Origin: a virus
Taxonomy: Duplodnaviria > Caudoviricetes
DNA length: 62,139 bases
Strand: one strand, 5' to 3'
Virus record (IMG/VR): IMGVR_UViG_3300027976_000037
Location: 1-62,139 of that record
Position 1 is the stretch's first letter; each line of letters begins with the position of its first letter. Below the pieces are notes generated by a model. It saw only the letters and a program-made list of their open reading frames with translations. It made no database searches and was not told the DNA's origin. Positions 1 through 7,200 of the stretch are shown piece by piece. A program made the position numbers and the translations under genes.

Positions 1-44
1 AGAACAACTGAATTGGCAACTACTGGAGTTGCAATCATAGACAT

Positions 45-121
45 GTGTCCATAGCACAACAGAATAGTGCGGCGCTTTCCTAAAGCGTCAGGTGGGGGTT
101 TGAATCCCTCTGGACACACCA
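45..121 (+). tRNA. tRNA-Arg(CCT)
   Basis: GTGTCCA/TGGACAC acceptor, anticodon loop TTCCTAA, TTTGAAT T-loop, encoded CCA. Confidence 0.9.
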
Positions 122-132
122 TTTTATTCACG

Positions 133-211
133 GCTTGGTAACTCTGTGGTTTCAGAACATTCGTTTGTTAAACGAAAGCTTATGCAGGTTCGAGTCCTGT
201 TGTCGGTACCA
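133..211 (+). tRNA. degenerate tRNA-Asn(GTT)
   Basis: TTCGT-TTGTTAA-ACGAA anticodon arm, GCAGGTTCGAGTCCTGT T-arm, CCA end; acceptor stem pairs poorly. Confidence 0.55.
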
Positions 212-265
212 GTTAATTTAGAAAAAGTCTATTTATAGTCACTGGTGTTTATATTTATAAGCATC

Positions 266-862
266 ATGAGCGTACGCACCGATAGAAACTTTAAATCATA
301 CGACGGAGTACAAGAAAACGTAAGCGACGTCACGCTGGACCCCGTGGCTCAAGGTTGGGGTGTATTTGTAGATGGAAAATTTGTCAAGCCGGATTGGTCC
401 GATACTTGTAAATTTTGGAAACGTAATAAATTGAAGTTCGAGAATTTCGTCATCATCCGTGGCGGCTTAGAAGATGTTGTTGATATCAACAACGACTGTG
501 TAGGAAACACTTTTTCGAAATTTGTTATCATGCAAGCTGGCGACACTTACGTATTAACCCTAAAAGGTGATACATCAAATAATACCTTGGAAGATTGGTT
601 GATTTACGGCAAGGGCGGCAAGACGGTTGACATCGAAATTGGCAACTGGTCATCATACAATTTTGGTCGCTGCACCGGCAACAAGTTTATTAACTGGCGG
701 CGCGAAGACGGTGAGCCAATTCGGTATGCTTACCGAATTGGTTGCAAACCAACATTCGTTCGCACCAACACCAAACACATTTGGTGGTTGAGTATTGGAC
801 TAACCTTCTACTGGTGGTTCAAGTTCGTAAAACATCGCGTCTTTAAGATTGCTGATAAGTGA
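266..862 (+). CDS. hypothetical protein (possible beta-helix-like region, hydrophobic C-terminus)
   Basis: Long ORF; ATG at 266 lies 6 nt after an ATATTTATA motif. Confidence 0.75.
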   Translation: MSVRTDRNFKSYDGVQENVSDVTLDPVAQGWGVFVDGKFVKPDWSDTCKFWKRNKLKFENFVIIRGGLEDVVDINNDCVGNTFSKFVIMQAGDTYVLTLKGDTSNNTLEDWLIYGKGGKTVDIEIGNWSSYNFGRCTGNKFINWRREDGEPIRYAYRIGCKPTFVRTNTKHIWWLSIGLTFYWWFKFVKHRVFKIADK

Positions 863-1020
863 ACTACCGACCCTCTAAAGAAGAGTCGGCTTCAACGTAA
901 CTTTTTATAGTATCGTTGGATTTTTTCCGCTTCATTGAATTCGGCTTGACAATCATCTTGCGAAGATCATCAGAGGTCAATTTCTCCACGGACTTAGATT
1001 CGGACGGTTCCCGTCCTATT
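839..1020 (-). ncRNA. TnpB omega/reRNA scaffold with guide (TTATCAGCAATCTTAAAGAC)
   Basis: Overlaps the tnpB 3' end and right-end hairpin; guide inferred as the flank just beyond TCAC; 5' boundary approximate. Confidence 0.65.
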
Positions 1021-2261
1021 TTATCTTTTGCCAATAAATTGACAAAAGCAAATTTCTTTATATTACCAGCGGCCAGAACATCTCGGTCATGGACTTTTCC
1101 ACAAGAACATTTCCACGTTCTATCGGATAGTTTTAGATTTTGATTGATCTTACCGCAAGAACACATTTTTGACGATGGTTCAAATCTTCCAATTGTCAGA
1201 AGATTGGTTCCATACCAATCGGATTTATAAGTTAGGAACGAAATGAATTGCCCCCAACCAACGTCTCCAATTGATTTGGATAACTTACGATTTTTCATCA
1301 TGTTTTTTATAGATAAGTCTTCGAGGCAGATCGTTTGGTTCTCACGAACTAACTTTGAACTTAATTTATGATGAAAATCTTTTCTACTATTAGAAATTTT
1401 TGCGTGGATATTAGAAACTCGTTTCTTCCACAATTCTCTCTTTTTTGACCCTAGTTTTTTCTTTGACAAAATTCGTTGCTTCTTGGACAACAGTTTTTCG
1501 TATTTTTTTAGAAGTTTTGGATTTGAATATTTGTTTCCGTTTGAATCCGTCACAAATGTTGAAATTCCAAGATCAATTCCAATTGAATTCTCCAATGTTG
1601 GAATTGATTTATCTTTTTTCTTTATTTTAGTTTCAACTCTCAATGATGCAAAATATTTCCCCCTTGAATTCTTGGATATAAAAATTGATCCAACTTCTCC
1701 AACAACTTTTCTGTGAAAAATACACTTGATTGGTTCTTTGATCTTTGGAATTGAAATATTTGATTTTGAATAATCCACATCAAATCCTTGTGGAATTTGA
1801 AACGATTTTTTAGATATATGTTTACTTTTGAAATTTGGATACTTAGCGATCTTCTTAAAAAATCTAGAAAATGCACTATCCAAATCCCACAGTGATTGTT
1901 GAACGGATTGTGAATTAACTTCCCTTAAAAACAAATATTTGGAGTGTTTAAGTTCCTTGACCATTTCCATTAATTTTGTAGCAGTTATAGATTTTCCGGT
2001 TTCTTGATAAGTCTTATTCTTTAATTCTAGTCCCAAATTGTAGACAAACCGACAACAACCAAAATGCTTCTCCAAAAGAATTTCTTGTTCTTTTGTTGGA
2101 TAAATTCTAAACTTATATCCTTTGATTATTGTGTCCACTATGATAAATAGCATAGACTTTACAAAACATTCAATTTTTTTGTAGAAAAGTGAATAATAAT
2201 TCAAATTTAGCACAATTCATCCCACCGACTAAAGATCGGTGGGCTTTCTTGTGTCATTTCG
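859..2261 (-). mobile_element. IS200/IS605-family (IS1341-like, tnpB-only) element
   Basis: Minus strand left end TTAC|N14-AAAG-CCCACCGATCTTTAGTCGGTGGG; right end GAAG-CCGACTCTTCTTTAGAGGGTCGG-TAGT-TCAC|; no tnpA in the window. Confidence 0.9.
864..2153 (-). CDS. tnpB: RNA-guided endonuclease TnpB
   Basis: N-terminal YKFRIYPT HTH, RuvC-I GIDLG, RuvC-II LEDL, Zn ribbon CSCG..CSCG, RuvC-III DRDVLAAGNI; start ATG 2153 or GTG 2138. Confidence 0.95.
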   Translation of the reverse strand: MLFIIVDTIIKGYKFRIYPTKEQEILLEKHFGCCRFVYNLGLELKNKTYQETGKSITATKLMEMVKELKHSKYLFLREVNSQSVQQSLWDLDSAFSRFFKKIAKYPNFKSKHISKKSFQIPQGFDVDYSKSNISIPKIKEPIKCIFHRKVVGEVGSIFISKNSRGKYFASLRVETKIKKKDKSIPTLENSIGIDLGISTFVTDSNGNKYSNPKLLKKYEKLLSKKQRILSKKKLGSKKRELWKKRVSNIHAKISNSRKDFHHKLSSKLVRENQTICLEDLSIKNMMKNRKLSKSIGDVGWGQFISFLTYKSDWYGTNLLTIGRFEPSSKMCSCGKINQNLKLSDRTWKCSCGKVHDRDVLAAGNIKKFAFVNLLAKDKIGREPSESKSVEKLTSDDLRKMIVKPNSMKRKKSNDTIKSYVEADSSLEGR

Positions 2262-2270
2262 GTAAAAAAC

Positions 2271-2346
2271 GGGTCGGTAGCTCAGTGGACATATCGGCAC
2301 TTTGTTAAAGTGATGTGCGTGGGTTCGAATCCCACCCGTCCCTCCA
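2271..2346 (+). tRNA. tRNA-Asn(GTT), atypical D-arm
   Basis: GGGTCGG/CCGTCCC acceptor, loop TTGTTAA, GTGGGTTCGAATCCCAC, CCA. Confidence 0.75.
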
Positions 2347-2365
2347 TTTTTAACCCAACACAACT

Positions 2366-2596
2366 ATGAGTAGAACAGAGCGAACAAAAGATTACTATTA
2401 TGATCCAGAACGTTCCCCATTGTGGAAACAAACAGCTGATAAAAAACACTGGTACAAACCCACTAAAGGTAAGTGGTTGGAAAGAATGCGTTCCGATAGC
2501 AGAGCCAATCATAGAAAAGCTATGGTCGGAATTGACGAAGACAATCAGATTGTTCTACCAGTAAGAAGAATGACCGATGAATGGAACTACAATTAA
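2366..2596 (+). CDS. hypothetical protein
   Basis: 76-aa ORF filling the gap between two tRNA genes. Confidence 0.65.
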   Translation: MSRTERTKDYYYDPERSPLWKQTADKKHWYKPTKGKWLERMRSDSRANHRKAMVGIDEDNQIVLPVRRMTDEWNYN

Positions 2597-2601
2597 TTTA
2601 C

Positions 2602-2743
2602 GGAAGCCTAGTTTAAGTAAAGAACACCAGCAAATACATGCTGGAGATACGTCGCGGGTAGTTTAATAAGTTGAGGAATACGTGCACTAAAACTCAATAC
2701 TGTTAACCCAGTCGCTAGGGTGAAATACCCGTGGCCTCCAGCA
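2602..2743 (+). ncRNA. tRNA-like RNA with 8-nt anticodon loop and ~60-nt insert before the T-arm
   Basis: GGAAGCC/GGCCTCC acceptor, GTTT/GAAC D-stem, CCAGC-AAATACAT-GCTGG arm, GGGT-GAAAT-ACCC T-like hairpin. Confidence 0.55.
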
Positions 2744-2755
2744 TTTAGAATACAA

Positions 2756-2831
2756 CAGAGTATAATGTAACCTGGTAGCATACTAGCCTCGGACGCTTTT
2801 AGTTTGGGTTCGAATCCCAATACTCTGACCA
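2756..2831 (+). tRNA. tRNA-Pro(CGG)
   Basis: CAGAGTA/TACTCTG acceptor, loop CTCGGAC, TTCGAAT, CCA. Confidence 0.85.
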
Positions 2832-2837
2832 ATTTAC

Positions 2838-2914
2838 GGTCCCATCTCCTAATGGTCATGGTACTTCGTCTACACCGAAGAATAATCTCAGTTCGACTCT
2901 GAGTGGGACTACCA
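2838..2914 (+). tRNA. tRNA-Val(TAC) with C33
   Basis: GGTCCCA/TGGGACT acceptor, CTTCG-TCTACAC-CGAAG arm, CCA. Confidence 0.75.
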
Positions 2915-2945
2915 TTTTTAAGTTGTATATACACTATTTATATAC

Positions 2946-3362
2946 ATGACATTGGAAGACATTGAAAAAGTACTGAACGATAATGGATTCAAGAAGGTGA
3001 AGAAAATCATTAGTGATTCCACTTATGCTCGTCCTACGTCGAATTACCTCAACGGAAAATATTATACATTTTACCGCGCTTGGCTGACCGAACACAATCT
3101 CAATCGATGGAAAGCCAAGTGGGATTGTGATAATTTCGCCGCAACGTATTATGTGTTTGCTCAGATGTGTCACTTCAAGTCTGAGCGGGAGGAACAAGGG
3201 ATTGCAGTCGGTATGCTCTTTTATCATCAGGCGAACGGTGGTGGTCATGTTATAAATCTGGTCATTACAGAAAAGGGATTGACGGCAATTGAGCCACAGA
3301 CCGGTGATGAAGTCAGACTCACTGATGGTGAGAAGTCCGGCGCTTCATTAATATACTTTTAA
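2946..3362 (+). CDS. papain/transglutaminase-like cysteine hydrolase
   Basis: WDCDNFA, GHVIN and IEPQ motifs (Cys-His-Glu type triad). Confidence 0.6.
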   Translation: MTLEDIEKVLNDNGFKKVKKIISDSTYARPTSNYLNGKYYTFYRAWLTEHNLNRWKAKWDCDNFAATYYVFAQMCHFKSEREEQGIAVGMLFYHQANGGGHVINLVITEKGLTAIEPQTGDEVRLTDGEKSGASLIYF

Positions 3363-3365
3363 AAT

Positions 3366-3491
3366 ATGAAATCGAAACTATTAATCCTACTCCTGTTTTT
3401 GCTCATGTTTGCCGGTGGTTGCGTTACGGCACCGCTCACGCCAGACACAGAATTTCCTACCCCTGATTATGTGGAGGATGTCGCACAATGA
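3366..3491 (+). CDS. small lipoprotein (41 aa)
   Basis: MKSKLLILLLFLLMFAGGC signal and lipobox, Pro-rich tail; stop overlaps the next ATG. Confidence 0.6.
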   Translation: MKSKLLILLLFLLMFAGGCVTAPLTPDTEFPTPDYVEDVAQ

Positions 3492-3772
3492 AAAAACAAA
3501 GACTTCGTGATAGTAAGAAGGTAATCGCCTTGGGCATTGCTTTACTCAATCTCAACATTATATTTTTGGTCAGTGTCTTTAAAAGCGCTGAGACTACTGT
3601 GGTCATTCAGATGATGACCGCGATTCTGTTTTTAGTTGGTATCTACACCGGTGTCCAAGGTGGCATTGATATGATACAATCAAATAAAATGGAAGTAGAA
3701 AAGTCGGATAAGACAGAAACAAAAATCACTAAAAACTATGAGCACAAGATGGACTACGTAGATGATAACTAA
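3488..3772 (+). CDS. two-TM membrane protein, holin-like
   Basis: Basic N-terminus, two hydrophobic helices, charged C-terminus. Confidence 0.55.
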   Translation: MKKQRLRDSKKVIALGIALLNLNIIFLVSVFKSAETTVVIQMMTAILFLVGIYTGVQGGIDMIQSNKMEVEKSDKTETKITKNYEHKMDYVDDN

Positions 3773-3956
3773 TTTCAGCATAGAAGAAGAGGTTCAATGT
3801 CTCTCATCAATCTCGTAGGGATTACACATGGTGTAGAAGTTCAAGGCCGCACACTGTGCTGAAAACAATTTTAGCGTCGGCGCTGGAAGCTGGGACTTCG
3901 AAAATCCCTAGTAGAAACGCACTTGTCCGAGGTCATATCAAGGTAGCTCTGTGTAA

Positions 3957-4334
3957 TGGTCCGGTTGGTATAAGGGACATTGGTGTGATAGTTCTTGGGA
4001 ACTCACGTGGGTGATGTATGCATTGGACGCTGGTACGAAATTCAAGCGAAACACAACGGGTTTTGATTATGAGTTTGGAGGAAAGCGATTGAAATATTAT
4101 CCAGATTTTGAATTGGATGATGTTGATTATTTAGAAATTAAGGGGTACAATTCTCCACAATAGGAGGCCAAAATGACGTGGTTTCCAAAAAAATTGTCGG
4201 TCGTGGGCCGAGAAGAAATCGCGCCGTTCATTGAATACGCAAAAAAGAAACACGGAAATAATTTTGTTAGTTTATACGAGGATAGCAAAGTCGCGAGGTG
4301 CGACCGCAACTTGGAAAGTTGTAGGAGCGGCTAA
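3957..4334 (+). pseudogene. 5'-truncated PD-(D/E)XK (TnsA-like) homing endonuclease
   Basis: Hand translation GWYKGHWCDSSWEL...YYPDF...YLEIKGY with in-frame TAG at 4161; no start codon. Confidence 0.8.
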
Positions 4335-4370
4335 ACACCGCTTGAGTTTCGAGTACTCTGTTTTCCGCCA
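4280..4370 (+). tRNA. tRNA-Ser(GGA), 8/4 fold
   Basis: GGATAGCA/TGTTTTCC acceptor, GTCGC/GCGAC D-stem, loop TTGGAAA, long variable arm, G73, CCA. Confidence 0.85.
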
Positions 4371-4374
4371 TTTC

Positions 4375-4521
4375 TGAGGTAGTAGTTTAGTGGGAAAAAC
4401 GCTGATGATAGCAATACGAAAATACGCGTGAAACTTTCTTCATAAGGGGTCAATCCGCCGAGCATAGTTATAAGCCTTGAATACGATATCAGATACGGGA
4501 TTCGATTTCCCCGCCTCGACA
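4375..4521 (+). ncRNA. tRNA-like RNA with ~80-nt insert in the anticodon loop
   Basis: TGAGGT/GCCTCG acceptor, GTTT-AGTGGGAA-AAAC D-arm, CTGAT...ATCAG stem, GGGA-TTCGATT-TCCC T-arm. Confidence 0.55.
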
Positions 4522-4549
4522 ATTTTTACTTGGGTGCCTAATTAGTACC

Positions 4550-4680
4550 CGGAACCCCGGACATCATATGAGAGATAAGAATCCTCCACAAAATGGTGCC
4601 ACGTTAATGTGTGTTGAGTATGCCAAGCAATCTTGTGGTTGCCGCAGAGGGGCCGCCCAACGTGGAAGATACGGGTTCCG
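4550..4680 (+). ncRNA. unclassified structured RNA
   Basis: Closing helix CGGAACCC/GGGTTCCG; internal CATCAT/ATGGTG, CCACGTT/AACGTGG and GCAATC/GGTTGC stems; strand assumed from neighbours. Confidence 0.5.
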
Positions 4681-4686
4681 AATTTT

Positions 4687-4779
4687 GGAAGATTAATCAG
4701 CAAGGCGCTGAACTTGTTTGCTAAACAATGGGCTCGGTGTAAAAAGCCGGGTGGGCTTCGATTGCTCAGTCTTCCGCCA
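4687..4779 (+). tRNA. tRNA-Ser(GCT), 8/4-compatible
   Basis: GGAAGATT/AGTCTTCC acceptor, TCAGC/GCTGA D-stem, loop TTGCTAA, long variable arm, GCCA. Confidence 0.9.
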
Positions 4780-4785
4780 CTTTTT

Positions 4786-4875
4786 GGAAGATAAATTTGC
4801 CGGGGCGCAAACCGTGTCTTGAAAACACGTGGGCGGTGATGAGCCGCTAGGGTTCGAGACCTTTGTCTTCCGCCA
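4786..4875 (+). tRNA. tRNA-Ser(TGA), 8/4 fold
   Basis: GGAAGATA/TGTCTTCC acceptor, CGTGT-CTTGAAA-ACACG arm, long variable arm, GCCA. Confidence 0.9.
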
Positions 4876-4925
4876 CTTTATAATGTTGACAACGACCAAA
4901 TTTATGTCATAGTGAATGAAAATCT

Positions 4926-5234
4926 ATGAAAAAACTATTCGCTCTGTTGCTACTTGTATCAGTCACCGCTCTTGTCGGTTGTGTTGGTTGGACTTTACCT
5001 CAACTCGCTACTTCCGACGACGTAAGCGAGATTCGTGTAATCTTGTCAGAGCAAGGATACGTCCTTGCCGGAAACGTGGTCGAATTTTATGCATCGTCGT
5101 TTGCCCGTACCGACATAGTGTATGCCAAGGCTTACTTTCACGGGTCGATTGGGTTTGTTGTCATAAACAAAAGCAACAACCCTCCCACTGTCTCATGGTC
5201 GGCCACCAGAGATTTTAGGGTAGTCGAGGAATAA
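4926..5234 (+). CDS. lipoprotein of unknown function
   Basis: MKKLFALLLLVSVTALVGC lipobox; TTGACA at 4886 upstream. Confidence 0.75.
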   Translation: MKKLFALLLLVSVTALVGCVGWTLPQLATSDDVSEIRVILSEQGYVLAGNVVEFYASSFARTDIVYAKAYFHGSIGFVVINKSNNPPTVSWSATRDFRVVEE

Positions 5235-5240
5235 TTTTTT

Positions 5241-5454
5241 GGGCTTGTAACTCAGTTGATAGGGTATTTCGAGTGAAGAAAAATCCAAAAATATGGAGAC
5301 CAAATTGAATACTTTTGTAGAATATTACACGGGCCATGGAATTGCATAGAGTGATTGTTTCGCTGGCAGCGAAAATACAGATGGGAGCATTACCCATATG
5401 GTCCACCAATTTAGCCACCGAAGAAGTTGGGTTCGAATCCCACCCGGTCCACCA
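5241..5454 (+). tRNA. interrupted tRNA-Ala-like gene (outer shell of a nested pair)
   Basis: 5' half GGGCTTGTAACTCAGTTGATAGGGTATTTCG; 3' half CGAAGAAGTTGGGTTCGAATCCCACCCGGTCCACCA; G3-U70 pair; anticodon replaced by ~145 nt. Confidence 0.6.
5331..5408 (+). tRNA. tRNA-Ala(GGC), atypical T-loop
   Basis: GGGCCAT/ATGGTCC acceptor with G3-U70, TTTCG-CTGGCAG-CGAAA arm, ATGGG-AGCATTA-CCCAT, ACCA. Confidence 0.75.
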
Positions 5455-5546
5455 TTTACGGGCCTGTTGGCGCAAAAATTCTACGGTAACTCAGTTCGAT
5501 TCTGGGCGGGGGATCCATTTTCTTTATTATATTTAATATTTATAGA

Positions 5547-6221
5547 GTGATGATGAATGAAACATTTAACCCACAGTCGGTAACTTTTGAAGAAGTTCCG
5601 AGAGCCAAAGTTCGTGAGTTTATTCAGACTCACTACTTGGGTTCGTTTCCAGCCGTTTCATTGGCTTATGTTGGAATACTATACAACCAAAATTTAATCG
5701 GCGTTGTAATCTACGGAAGGACGTCAGCGCCTTCAGTTCAAAAATCAATTTTTAAACCAGATGTAAATGTGGATAATAAAGATATCTTGGAATTACAACG
5801 ACTTTTCATCATAGACGATGAAACACTTCTACCAAAAGAGGATAGAAAGAATCTTGCCGGTTTTTCAATATCACACGCAAACGATTTTGTAGTGAAGAAG
5901 TTTCCAAACGTTAAAGTTATCTTATCTTATTCAGACCCAGACCACCATCTAGGAACGGTTTATAAAGCAACTAATGCAATTTACCAAGGTCGAGGTGATA
6001 AGGTTCGCATGTTTAAAAGAGCTGATGGGAAGCTTATTAGAACAAATCGAGTTCAACCTGAAGAAAAGGGAGAGTTGGTATCCATGACAGGAAAAGACCG
6101 ATGGGTTTATCCCGTTGGCTCCACTTCACAGAAGAAGTGGGTTAAACGTAATTTAATCGACAGTGAACTGCAAGAGCTGATAACAATATCAGAAGCTCTT
6201 TGGAAACAATTTTGTGGTTAA
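5547..6221 (+). CDS. mom: Mom-like (GNAT-fold) DNA adenine-modification protein
   Basis: FIQTHY, ELQRLF and LSYSDPDHHLGTVYKATNAIYQG motifs. Confidence 0.75.
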   Translation: MMMNETFNPQSVTFEEVPRAKVREFIQTHYLGSFPAVSLAYVGILYNQNLIGVVIYGRTSAPSVQKSIFKPDVNVDNKDILELQRLFIIDDETLLPKEDRKNLAGFSISHANDFVVKKFPNVKVILSYSDPDHHLGTVYKATNAIYQGRGDKVRMFKRADGKLIRTNRVQPEEKGELVSMTGKDRWVYPVGSTSQKKWVKRNLIDSELQELITISEALWKQFCG

Positions 6222-6288
6222 GCTAAAGTAGACGAAGCCCACCATTGTATGATGGAGAAAGTTGGTGAAAGTCCAGCAACCGCGACCA
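6213..6288 (+). tRNA. tRNA-like gene with 8-nt anticodon loop (identity unclear)
   Basis: TGTGGTT/AACCGCG acceptor, CCA-TTGTATGA-TGG arm, GTTGG-TGAAAGT-CCAGC T-arm, ACCA. Confidence 0.55.
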
Positions 6289-6396
6289 ATTTATTCTTAT
6301 TAACTTGCCTACAATGTGGATATACGAGCGTCACGCTCAAACCGGGCAGAATCAATGGAAACGTTGAGAGTCCTCATTATAAAAATAAGAAAAACT

Positions 6397-6472
6397 GGGA
6401 CAGTAGTGAAATTGGATATCACCTTGCTCTACGAAAGCAATATTTTGGGTTCGAATCCCGACCGTCCCACCA
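6397..6472 (+). tRNA. tRNA-Arg(ACG)
   Basis: TTGCT-CTACGAA-AGCAA arm, canonical D and T arms, CCA. Confidence 0.9.
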
Positions 6473-6534
6473 CTTGAGCACGCGTAGTCGTGAAAATCGG
6501 GTGTAAACCGACGTGCTATAAAAATATCGGATTC

Positions 6535-6610
6535 GGCTCTTTAGCTCAACGATCAGAGCAGAGGACTCATAATCCTTTGGTTGTGGGTTTGAATCCCACA
6601 GGAGCCACCA
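6535..6610 (+). tRNA. tRNA-CAT (Ile2 or Met)
   Basis: GAGGA-CTCATAA-TCCTT arm, canonical cloverleaf, CCA. Confidence 0.9.
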
Positions 6611-6670
6611 ATTTGCCGTCGAAGTTCATATGGGTGAACGTCATATTAAAAATTACTTTTCATAAAACAT

Positions 6671-6755
6671 GCCTAGTTGGCTCAGTGGCAACAGCACCGC
6701 TTTCGTAAAGCGGCGAAGAAATTCTCCGTGGGTTCGAGTCCCACACTAGGCTCCA
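6671..6755 (+). tRNA. tRNA-Thr(CGT) with extended variable region
   Basis: GCCTAGT/ACTAGGC acceptor, CCGCT-TTCGTAA-AGCGG arm, 14-nt variable region, TCCA. Confidence 0.85.
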
Positions 6756-7150
6756 TTTTTTACTGAATATTTCCTATATCGTTTCCCCTTTGTTTTGTTA
6801 AATCCACGATGTGTGGACGTCAGGGAATGACAATTTGGACAAAGCGCAGTCAGGTTACTTTCTTGTGAATTGGACGCGTCACCATCAACGTGGTCGATTT
6901 CTAAACACGGTCTATTTGAAACGGGATGTCGCTCACCCCAACCACATTTAGAACATCTGTTATCAAATTTTTCTAATACGTAGTCCCGAACGACGGGATT
7001 TAGTACTAGCGCGACACCTCGATGGCCGGGGTTTAGCCCCTGTTTCCACTGCTCTATACTAATCTGTTTTCGGTGTGTTCACTGACAAACTGCGGAACAG
7101 TATTTGCGCCGATTTTGGATTTCTTTACCACATATGAGACAATTTTTCAT
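6746..7150 (-). pseudogene. HNH endonuclease with one in-frame TGA
   Basis: Hand translation MKNCLICG...CSAVCQ*THRK...CSKCGW...LEIDHVDGDASNSQESNLTALCPNCH; TGA at codon 24 (7079-7081). Confidence 0.85.
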
Positions 7151-7200
7151 ACATATAACTATATCTCATGTTAGCCTAACATGTGTTAGCACATAATAAT

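Noticed and set aside
3777-3950. Hairpins CAGCATAG/CTGTGCTG and CTGGGA/TCCCTAG
   Set aside because: May be RNA elements, but the pairing is too limited to support a call without covariation.
4254-4290. Apparent hairpin insertion between the acceptor and D-arm of tRNA-Ser(GGA)
   Set aside because: Alignment with the other tRNA-Ser genes places the 5' end at 4280; the upstream bases belong to the endonuclease pseudogene.
2602-5454. Group I or II introns in the interrupted tRNAs
   Set aside because: The inserts are only about 60-145 nt and show no recognisable catalytic core motifs.
5460-5517. tRNA-like fragment with GTTCGATTC and terminal CCA
   Set aside because: Acceptor pairing is poor and there is no D or anticodon arm; probably a decayed remnant.
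3957-7150. Stop-codon reassignment suggested by in-frame TAG and TGA
   Set aside because: The two stops differ and both lie in mobile endonucleases. Core genes are intact in code 11 and end in all three stops, and I found no suppressor-anticodon tRNA.
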